Shown piece by piece: positions 54,453 to 64,000 of a stretch of DNA of 64,000 nt. Source of the stretch: Octopus sinensis. Taxonomy: Eukaryota. The position numbers and the translations under genes are program-made. The DNA is taken from positions 62,434,001-62,498,000 of the forward strand of contig NC_043009.1 of NCBI RefSeq assembly GCF_006345805.1, written 5' to 3'. Numbering within the stretch: the stretch's first letter is position 1; every line of letters begins with the position of its first letter. The notes beneath the pieces were generated by a model. The model had not been told where the DNA came from. It worked only from the letters and a program-made list of their open reading frames with translations, and made no database searches.

Positions 54453-54740
54453 GCATACATGCAATCTTTAATATGTTACCTAAACCTGACGATATGACAA
54501 CTTGTCTATAATATTAGCCACACTTGACATAAAAATTAATCTGGAGTACATTGACCAACCTGACACAACAACAAATCTATGTGTTAAGTAAACCTGACGA
54601 CATAACTAGCATCCTATTTGTTACTTAAACCCAACCAACTAGTTCGCAATGTGTTACTTAAACGCGACATAACAACAACAAATCTATTGTGTGTTAGATA
54701 AACCTGACATAACACTTGAATATGTTTGTTATATTTACAG

Positions 54741-54852
54741 TGATAGTATTATGGCAAACCTGAGTGGCATCTATGGAATGTTTTTGACAGTAATGGGAGC
54801 TGTCATACCAATATCTGAGGTTTTCTCTAAACCACATCCGTTCCTTTTTGAG
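54741..54852 (+). CDS. OTOP: Coding exon C, first transmembrane helix of an otopetrin proton channel (DSIMANLSGIYGMFLTVMGAVIPISEVFSKPHPFLFE)
   Basis: Acceptor atatttacAG at 54739-54740 and donor gag|GTGAGT at 54853. The peptide follows the invertebrate otopetrin TM1 pattern D...LS..YG..L.VMG...P..EV.S...P..(F/Y)E as I recall it from insect OtopL proteins. The expected next exon (about xFYxYLY) was not found before the window end. Confidence 0.8.
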
Positions 54853-55011
54853 GTGAGTACATCTTTCTCAAACTCTTCTTCACTTAAACCAATCACTCTT
54901 AGGAATTCACAAGGGCAGTTATGAAGAAATAGGCCAATGCATTCTCAAACTCAAACGCTCAACCAAATTAAATCAAATTTTACATGGTAATACTATGAGA
55001 CTCCGTGAATG

Positions 55012-55321
55012 TCAACATGTAATTTTTTTTTTATTAGAATAATGCAACATTGGTACTCGTTTCCGTATTACGTCTCAAAACTCGTAGAATAAAAGTGAAA
55101 CATTCGACTGAGTAACAGTTATAAATAGTTTCACTTTTATATTGTTTCACTTTTCCATTGTTTCACTTTTAATAGTTTCCCTTTTATCTGTGAGTATCAA
55201 CATGTACCTTTTTTTTATTAAAACAATGCAACGTTGGCACTAGTTCTGGTTTACGTCTCAAAACGCGAAGAATAAAAGTGAAACCTTCGAAGAAGTAACA
55301 GTTATAAATAGTTTCACTTTT
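55012..55321. repeat. 185-bp-period tandem duplication with internal hairpin
   Basis: Units start at 55012 and 55197, each with ataaaagtgaaac..gtttcactttt. Confidence 0.85.
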
Positions 55322-55338
55322 AATCGTTTAACTATGTG

Positions 55339-55402
<64 letters not shown>

Positions 55403-55409
55403 TATATAT

Positions 55410-55574
55410 AACCGTTACTTAGCGGTTCGGCAAAAGAGACCGATAGAATAAGTACTGGGCTTACAAAAGAATAAGTCCTGGGGTCGATTTGCTCGACTAA
55501 AGGCGGTGCTCCACATGGCCGCAGTCAAATGACTGAAACAAGTAAAAGAGTAAAGAGAGTATAATATATATATA

Positions 55575-55630
<56 letters not shown>

Positions 55631-55631
55631 C

Positions 55632-55687
<56 letters not shown>

Positions 55688-55985
55688 CTATAGCCTCAGG
55701 CTGACCAAGGCCTTGTGAGTCGATTTCGTGCACGGAAACTGAAAGAAGATTGTCGTATATATGTATATATGTGTATATTTATGTGTCTATGTTTGTACTC
55801 CCACCATCCCTTGACAACCAATGTTGCTGAGTTTACGTCCCCGTAACGCAGTGGTTCGGCAAAAAGATACTAATAGAATAAGTACTAGGTTTACAAAGAA
55901 TAAATCTTGGGGTCGATTTGTTCGACTAAAGGCAGTGCTCCAGTGTGGCCGTAATCATATGACTGAAACAAATAAAACAATAAAA
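55410..55985 (+). mobile_element. Two 5'-truncated SINE-C pieces separated by (TA)n
   Basis: C tail at 55410-55560 and C body/tail at 55690-55985. Confidence 0.8.
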
Positions 55986-56268
55986 AAAACTATGCCATTT
56001 TAATCCCGAGCAACACCAGGTATCTCTTCTAGTAGTCATTAAAACGAGCAGGCTAGTAATAGTCAATAAAAGTTGCAGGTGAAGTAACGATCGCTATAAA
56101 GACTAGCGATGGTTACTAGATGTTCGTAAGCTAGTAATGGTCACTATAAGGAATAGACTAGCAATGGTCACTAGAACGGGTAGGCTTAGAATAGTCTTAT
56201 AATGAGTTTATAATATAATATAAAGCACAGGTTAGTTAGTAATGGTCACCAGTATAAGTAAACTGGTA

Positions 56269-57004
56269 CGGCGAGCTGGCAGAAACGTTAGCACGCCGGG
56301 CGAAATACTTAGCGGTATTTCGTCTGCCGTTACGTTCTGAGTTCAAATTCTGCCGAGGTCGACTTTGCCTTTCATCTTTTCGGGGTCGATAAATTAAGTA
56401 CCAGTTGCTTACTGGGGTCGATCTAATCGACTGGCCCCCTCCCCCAAAATTTCGGGCCTTCTGCCTAGAGTAGAAAAGAATATAAGTAAACTGGTATAAG
56501 GCGACGAGCTGGCAGAGTCGTTACCATGCCGGGAAAAATGCTTTATGACATTTCTTCCGGCTGTATGTTGGGCGTTCAAATCCCGGTGGGAGGGACGTCT
56601 AGTTTACCTTTCATCCTTCGGTGTCGATTAAGCATGTATCAGTTGTAATCGATTCAACTTCCTCACCCCGAAATTGCTGGCCTTGTGCCAAAATTTGAAA
56701 TCAACATGGGGAGACTGGTGATAGTCATTTGAAGGGATTCTGTGAGGCTCAACCTTCCTGAAAGGCATTAATAAAAATGGCTGTATGAAGCGTTGAGTTG
56801 GCCGAGTCGTTACCGCACCGGAAAAATTGCTTAGCATCATTTTGTCCTTCTTTACGTTCTGAGTTCAAATTTCGCCGAGGTCGACTTTGCCCTTCATCCT
56901 TTAGGGGGTCAATAAAATAAGCACTAGTTGAACACTGGGGTCGATGTAAACAACTTAACCCCACCCCTAAAATTGCTGGCCTTGAGCCAAGATTTTGAAA
57001 TCAT
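56269..57004 (+). mobile_element. Three same-orientation SINE-B copies, the first with a 16-bp TSD
   Basis: TSD tataagtaaactggta at 56253-56268 and 56481-56496. Further copies lie at ~56499-56703 and ~56795-57004. Confidence 0.85.
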
Positions 57005-57192
57005 TAATGAAAATGGCTGTTGGTGTTTTTGTAGTTTGTTAAATGTTACACTGGAACATGTAAGATCTGATGCGTTGGTCGCTAATGTACGGAGAATAGG
57101 GACGGACAAGAGTGTGTGTGTGTAAGTGTGTGAGAGGAACTGTATGTATATGTGTGAGATTAAGTAGCGTGTATGTGTGGGAATATGAGCTG

Positions 57193-57426
57193 AGGGCGGC
57201 AAGCTGGCAGAAACGTTAGCACGCTGGGCGAAATGCGTAGCCGTATTTCGTCTGCCGTTACGTTCTGAGTTCAAATTCTGCCTAGGTCGACTTTGCCTTT
57301 CACCCTTTCGGGGTCGATAAATTAAGTACCAGTTACGCACTGGGGTCGATGTAATCGACTTAATCCGTTTGTCTGTCCTTGTTTGTCCTCTCTGTGTTTA
57401 GCCCCTTGTGGGTAGTAAAGAAATAG
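57193..57426 (+). mobile_element. Full-length SINE-B
   Basis: Near-consensus head TGGCAGAAACGTTAG..GAGTTCAAATT and tail ..gccccttgtgggtagtaaagaaatag. Confidence 0.9.
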
Positions 57427-58265
57427 ATATATTTGTGTGTGGCGAAGGGGGATCGTGAGGATGTGTATGTGTTTGTGTATGTGTGTGGATGGAAGTGTCT
57501 ATGTTTGCAGAGAAGACCTGTGTGTGTGAAAATATTTTGTATATTTACATGTGAAAATGTTTTACGTTTGTGATGTATGTATTGTGCGTATGTGTGGGAG
57601 ATATATATATATATATATATATTTATAGGGGGCGTGCGTGTAGTTCATCAAGACGTAAGTTAGTTTGCTTTACAGCTGTCTCTCAACGTGAACTTTATCC
57701 AAGGGAGACCATAAACAATAACATCAACGTTAACAGCGCTGACAGACACATCACCAACACGAACAGTAACTTAACACACACACACATCAACAACATAAAC
57801 TCTAACACACACACAACAGCAGCAACAACAACAACAGCAGCAATAGAAATCCTAACACCTAACACTCACACAAACATCAACTCAACACCACTAAGAACAA
57901 GATACGCCGTCAGCACCGCCACGTACTACAACATTCGTCAGAGGTGGACCGTAACACGCAGTCACGTAAACATACACGCACAGATATCCTAGTTGGCAAT
58001 CTAATTAAATCAAGGTCTTACTTCTCTCTCCGTGTCCTTCCCCTCACGACCATCAACACATGACACTGATGCTATCATTATTTCCAAACCCAGAGTGTTT
58101 TACTTAGGAATCACAAACCCCAGGATGTTATATGGCGTGGTTGAGACTTTGCAAGAGATTTGTTACCGAAGCGCTGGGTATTGTGTGAGGGTCAGTATAT
58201 TGTCGTTTGCATTCAGCAAATGTATGTTTATATGTATTTAAATAAGATTATATATATCTATCTAT

Positions 58266-58332
<67 letters not shown>

Positions 58333-58362
58333 ATTATATATATATATATACACACACACACA

Positions 58363-58585
58363 TTGTTTGTGCATTTGTAAGCCAATGAGCAAACAGAGGT
58401 TTAATGCTTGGAGAAAAGAAAATAAAGCAGAGATGTATTTAACGTTTCGGACTATGGTCTTTCATCGGAAAGGTAATAAAAGAAAGGGAGCGAAGAAGAC
58501 CACGTGTTACCTGCATAACCGCCAAATTTCTGGGATTCTACCTCCTCTTGGATTACTACGTGGATTATACAGCATTGTTATGTAA
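58363..58585 (-). mobile_element. Penelope-like terminal repeat in (TA)n with degenerate minimal hammerhead (58438-58471)
   Basis: The minus strand reads TTT-CCGATGA-aa-GAC cata GTC-c-GAAA-CG-TT-AAA, and the segment is bounded by microsatellite. Confidence 0.5.
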
Positions 58586-58587
58586 TG

Positions 58588-58648
<61 letters not shown>

Positions 58649-58654
58649 ATATAT

Positions 58655-58853
58655 CTAGATCGCGTGTGTATTGTTGGCAATTTTCTTTCTCCGTCTTCCC
58701 TTCCTTGGACCTTTCCTTTTTCTATGTTTCTGACGAAGAGCTCCGTTTGAAACGTTAAATCCTCCTTTCTTTCCCTTCCTGAGCGTCCAAAACACTATCT
58801 TGTTCCACGTCCTCGCGTTGTTGCGTTTTCTCTTTGTTCATGTTTGAATTAAC
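58655..58853 (+). mobile_element. Penelope-like terminal repeat in (TA)n with minimal hammerhead (58726-58760)
   Basis: GTTT-CTGACGA-A-GAGC tcc GTTT-GAAA-CG-TT-AAAT. It shares the downstream ttcctgagcgt with the 20911 element. Confidence 0.6.
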
Positions 58854-58868
58854 TATATATATATATAT

Positions 58869-58905
<37 letters not shown>

Positions 58906-59704
58906 TATATGTGTATGTGCAAACTTTCGATACTTTTGCACTCATTATTTTTAAATCTTTCAAAGAAAATACGAATATTAAAATTCATCGAAAACGATTA
59001 TTTCTATAGAAATCGATATTGGGATCAATTTTCTCTTAGGGAAAAAATTTCTAATCAATAAATATCATTGTAATCATGATTTGAGTTCGATATAATCGAC
59101 TGTCGCCTTCCTCACATATTTCTGATAGTGTACCCATGTTAAAAGTCACTGCACAAACTAAAATCTTTTGGTATTCCGTTGAAAATACTTAGCTTTTTCC
59201 ACATACAGAGATTAAAAGATACAACAGGACATTTATTGATGTCTTACTTATCACATTATATTTCAAAAAGTTTTCGACTAAATTTTTAATTGAAAATCCT
59301 TTAATCAAGTCCTCTAAACTAATCTAGCGTAACAAATTTACTTCTAGACTCGTAGTTGACAGAGACAAGGTATCCGGCTTGTTCTGTCATCTGCTTTGTT
59401 CAGTTGTGATATTTAATATGCTTTAACTGAGAAGCTTAGGGCTAACCTACATTTGCAAGCACGGTCTATTTTACTACCTTTCATTGCCCTTTTTATTTAG
59501 TAACGCAATATGTTTATATGGTTAGAGTCTCCACTCCAGTCGTTTTATTAATATAAAGTAATTTACTTAATGGGAAATTCAGGAACATGCTTGTTACTTC
59601 AGGTCATACGACGTTAAGTTATGACTAATTTCTTTGTTCTAAATTTTAACAAAAAAAAATAATAAACAAACACAATAGGATACATATCAACATGGCGATA
59701 GTGC

Positions 59705-59739
<35 letters not shown>

Positions 59740-59746
59740 CATTATA

Positions 59747-60151
59747 CCTATTTCTTTATTACCCACAAGGGACTAAACACAGCGGGGACAAACAAGGACA
59801 GACAAACGGGTTAAGTCGATTACATCGACCCCAGTGCGTAACTGGTACTTATTTAATCGATCTCGAAAGGATGAAAGCAAAGTCGACCTCGGCGGAATTT
59901 GAACTCAGAACGTAACGGCCGACGAAATACCTATTTCTTTACTACCCACAAGGGGCTAAACACAGAGAGGACAAACGAATTAAGTCAGTTATATCGACCC
60001 CAGTGCGTAACTGGTACTTATTTAATCGATCCCGAAAGGATGAGAGGCAAAGTCGACCTCGGTGGAATTTGAACTCAGAACGTAACGGCAGACGAAATAC
60101 CGCTAAGCATTTCGCCCGGCGTGCTAACGATTCTGCCAGCTCGCCGCCTTT
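59747..60151 (-). mobile_element. Dimeric SINE-B (full copy + 5'-truncated copy) under one TSD
   Basis: 15-bp TSD tgtgtgttcattata at 59732-59746 and 60152-60166. Confidence 0.88.
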
Positions 60152-60669
60152 TGTGTGTTCATTATAAACATACGAAGCAACGATGATCAACATTATATGA
60201 AACTTAAATTTTAACACGTTTCTGTACACCAGAATGTGACTGGTATTTGCTGAGGGATTTGCTTGAGAGCAAATTTCTCCCTGTAGACTTCGTGTGCAAA
60301 GATACATCACGCTCCAATTGACGTCATTGGACTATTTACACACACTGTGTTTCGGCGTGATTTCGCCTCGTCGGTGAGAGACGCCACTTCGGGCATCTGG
60401 AGTTTGATGGAAACTTCTACTGTATAAGTCGTATGCGCGTATGTATATGCGTACGCGCACGCGTGTATACCTCCGTGTATGTGTGTGAATAAAAATATAC
60501 GGTGTGAAAAGAAGAGTTTTATATTTTAAATTAATCGTTTTATTAGGAAACTAGAAAATATTTTACGATTGTCAATAGTTGATATATTTTCGATTGTTTA
60601 TAATGATTTATGTCAAAATTACTGACAAAAATAATCTCTAGAAACTCATATTTTCAATTAATCTTTATG

Positions 60670-61030
60670 TGTGGCTGTGTGGTAAGAAGTTTGCTTTCTA
60701 ACCGTGTGGTTCTGGGCTCAATTCCACTTCGGCAAACTTCTTTTATTATAGCTCTGGGTCGATCAAAGCCTTGTGAGTGGATTTGGTAGATGGAAACTGA
60801 AAGAAGCCTATCGTATATATATGTGTGTGTGTGTGTGTTTGTGCTTGTCCCCCACCACCACTTGAGAACCGGTGTTCATGTGTTTATGTCCCCCTAACTT
60901 AGCGATTCAGCAAAAGAGACAGGTTTTACAAAACATAAGTACTGGGTTTGACTCACTCGATTAAAATTCTTCAAGATGGTGCCCCAGCATGGCCGCAGTC
61001 TAACGACTGAAACGAGTAAAACATAAAAGA
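60670..61030 (+). mobile_element. SINE-C (diverged)
   Basis: Colinear with the other C copies. Confidence 0.82.
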
Positions 61031-61631
61031 TATATGTATGTATGTATATACTCAATTATGTGTGTGAGAGTGTTTGCATGTGTATGTGCGTATGTGTTAG
61101 TTTGCTTATAGGCGTAAACGTATATCTGTATATGTGAGTAGACTATTAAACATATACTCGACTATACATATATGAATGTTCATAGATGTATGCAGCCGCA
61201 CACGTGTGTGCGCTCGAGGGCGTGTGCTTACGGATGTATCTACTTATATATACACACACACACATTCACATACACGTATAATGTATTTATATTCTCATCT
61301 AATATGTTCGTTCGTCGACGAGTTCGATAAATTCAATTTGCTACATGCCAATAGTATTTATCGGACAAGATATTTTTATCTCATCCAACATGACACACGG
61401 TAACTAAAGGACAAGAAAATGATAAAACATCGTTACTGACAGCAGACTGTAAGTAAATAAACCCTAAGGCAGGAATCACGAGAAAGAAACAAACGGAGAT
61501 GTTTCTTTAAATTCCTGGTTCTTTGAACACACAATGAACTGAAGTAACGAACGCTATTGCACGTGAACTGCTGATTTGATCTTCGCTGGACAGATCTGAT
61601 CTTAACTAGGCTCAGTTTCGTCTCTTTTCTT

Positions 61632-61937
61632 TGTCGACCTTTTCAAGCCTAGCCAGGCTCATGGGCCCGGTTTCCCGGTTTCTGTGGCGTATGTGTTCCT
61701 CCCAGCTGGACGGGATGCCAGTCCATCGCAGAGTTACTCAAGAAACAGGAAGAGAGAGTGAGAGAAAGTTGTGGCGAAAGAGTATAACAGGGGTCGCCAC
61801 CAACCCCTGCCGGAGCCTCGCGGATCTTCTAGGTGTTTTCGCTCAATAAACACACACAACGCCCGGTCTGGGAATCGAAACCACGATCCTCCGACCGCGA
61901 GTCCGCTGCCATAACCACTGGGCCATTGCGCCACCAC
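61632..61937 (-). mobile_element. SINE group A, head A1 + tail T1
   Basis: Homologous to 33-293, retaining an internal gatggactggcatcccgtccag segment. Confidence 0.88.
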
Positions 61938-61940
61938 TTG

Positions 61941-62180
61941 CGCCCTTTTAAAACCTAGCCAGGCTCATGGGCCCTGTTTCCCCGTTCCTATGGCGTATGT
62001 GCTCCCCAACTGGACCGGATGCCAGTCCATTGCAGCGTTACTCATTTTTGCCAGCTGAGTGGACTGGAGCAACGTGAAATGAAGTGTTTTGCTCAAGAAC
62101 ACAACGCGTCGCCAGGAATCGAAACCACAATCTTACGATCATAATGCTGACACCCTAACCACTAAGCCACGCACCTCCAC
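61941..62180 (-). mobile_element. SINE group A, head A2 + tail T1, abutting the previous SINE
   Basis: Shares tail T1 with its neighbour but has the A2 head and central module. Confidence 0.88.
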
Positions 62181-63817
62181 CAGTTTCATCTTAACTAGGC
62201 TTATTTTGACTCTTGATCCTAACTAGACTGTTTTGATCTCGGCTTATTTTGAATTTATCTTGACTGTTTTGATCCTAACTAGGCTGAGATAGATTTTAAT
62301 GAAGTGGAGCTTATTATGGCAGACGACTTGTCCGTTGGAGACTCATTTCACTAATGTCAACTCTCGCAGCTACGATATATAGAATACCAGCTTCTTTCAG
62401 ACGGTGGTGTCGCAAATAGCCAAAAAACAGGCTTATTAAAAATTAATTATTAGCGATGGAATCAGTAATTAATACCAAAAGATATATATTTTCTATAGTT
62501 TCTGCAGCTGAGATACCAATAAGAAATACGCCTGATGTGCGTTATATCCGCTCAGCTTGACCTGTACAATAAATCAGATTGACAGCGATAGCCGAGTGTT
62601 ATCTCTCTGTCGTGCTTGTGGTTGGAACACAAGTGTTAGACAGTCGAGTGATATTTACTGTCTGGGTAAGTCCTTATCACGCGTTACACTTCTTGTTTAT
62701 AAACATGAGTATTGGCGCTGACGATTTTTTTAGCCTTGGTGTTGGAGACATTTTGATGATGTATTTACTTGATTCTGTAGACATGGTGAGGCTTTCTCGT
62801 TTCTACTTATCGCTTGCGTGCGTGTGTATGTGTGTACACAGGCATCTTTTTATCTTTTACTTGTTTCCAGTTATTGGACTGCGGCCATGCTGGAGCAATG
62901 GCCTTCAAGGGTTTAGTGGAACAAATCGACCTTTGCACTTTTTTTAAAGCCTGGCTCTTATTCTATCAGTTTCTTTTGCCGAAACGCCAAGTTACGGGCT
63001 TGTAAACAAACCAATAACGGTTATCAAGCGGGATTAAGAACAAATACAACACACACACACACAAATACATTTACGCTGTTTAAACAGTCGTAGGCAACCT
63101 TTCAGAATGGTACGGCTTACCAAAAATTACCTTGAATTTTTTTAGTAGTGCGGCCCCTCTGATGACGATTCATATCTCATGCGGCCCGCTTCTCGAAAAA
63201 GGATGCCCATTCCTTGTTTGTATAGTCCGGAAATTCCCAACTGAGTTATTGCCCTTGCTTACCGTTTTTCTGGATTTTTGTTTTGTTATGGGGGTTGTGG
63301 TGGGGATCAGATTTTAAACCCATTTAAAATACACTGGCTTTCTTCTAATTAAATTTGAAGAATTTAATAAATTTTTTTAAGCTTTATGGTAATATTTGGA
63401 ACATAAACTGAAATTTTAGTGAAAAGTTTCAATTTAGATGGCTTTAAAAGAGGAACACAGAACAAGAGGCGGTCTCAGGCGGGTTGGTATCGGGAGCATT
63501 AAACAAATTCCGAAACTACCTTCCTAAATCCGACACTCTACTTTGTATTTAATATGAAGTAAACTCCATTGAGGCATTTTCCTTCAGTTATTATCAATAT
63601 CTCTACATCCCATCTATTTTCTATATCCATGGAGCACTCTCTTAGTTGTGCCAGCTGAGAATATGCTTAGCCGAAGAGACCTAGTGAGATCGAAACATGT
63701 CTGTTGCTTTCACCAGCCGATTTTAAAGAACAGATCCACACTAGTCTGCGTTGTCAGTGTTGGTGGAAAATTTTGATCAGTAAATTATATGAAAGTTATT
63801 TCTTGTACTCTTTTCCC

Positions 63818-64000
63818 TTTTACTTGTTTCAGTCATTTGACTGCGGCCATGCTGGAGCACCGCCTTTAGCCGAGCAAATCGACCCCAGGACTTATTCTTT
63901 GTAAGCCTGGCACTTATTCTATCGGTCTCTTTTGCCGAACCGCTAAGTTACGGGGGGGCGTAAACACACCAGCATCGGTTGTCAAGCGATATTGGGGGTA
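63818..64000 (-). mobile_element. SINE-C 3' half, cut by window end
   Basis: C tail. Additional C fragments lie near 10860-11035, 14280-14430, 15160-15300, 32590-32760, 50690-50790 and 62850-63040. Confidence 0.88.

Noticed and set aside
57570-57992. 140-aa Asn/Thr-rich ORF as the next OTOP exon
   Set aside because: It derives from CA/AAC low complexity. The phase-0 frame from the 57675 acceptor stops after 12 codons and does not resemble otopetrin TM2.
62579-62665. Hydrophobic segment with GTAAGT donor as an OTOP exon
   Set aside because: No convincing acceptor and no similarity to the expected xFYxYLY continuation.

Overview
AT-rich, microsatellite-saturated animal genomic DNA. The SINE families and (TA)n/(CA)n/(GATA)n density point to a coleoid cephalopod, probably Octopus (recognition from memory, not a database hit). 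The only host gene I can support is the 5' part of a + strand otopetrin-family (OTOP) proton channel. It has three phase-compatible GT-AG exons (6513-6898, 53903-54029, 54741-54852), the last encoding TM1, with an inferred ~47 kb intron between the first two; the rest of the gene lies beyond the window. Everything else is repeat: three tRNA-derived SINE groups (A, B, C here) with swappable heads and tails, a decayed ~1.3 kb mariner, a second mariner fragment, hAT-type MITEs and several long foldback hairpins. The most interesting signal is a set of minimal type I hammerhead-ribozyme motifs in at least four different Penelope-like/retrozyme terminal repeats. The best case is a 366-nt tandem pair plus an inverted copy at 28015-29227. 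Every genomic copy is mutated, truncated or weakly paired, so ribozyme activity is inferred from consensus only. Almost all ORFs in the supplied track are microsatellite or SINE artefacts. No CRISPR, rRNA or genuine tRNA genes were found. Many SINE boundaries are approximate (about +/-10 bp).
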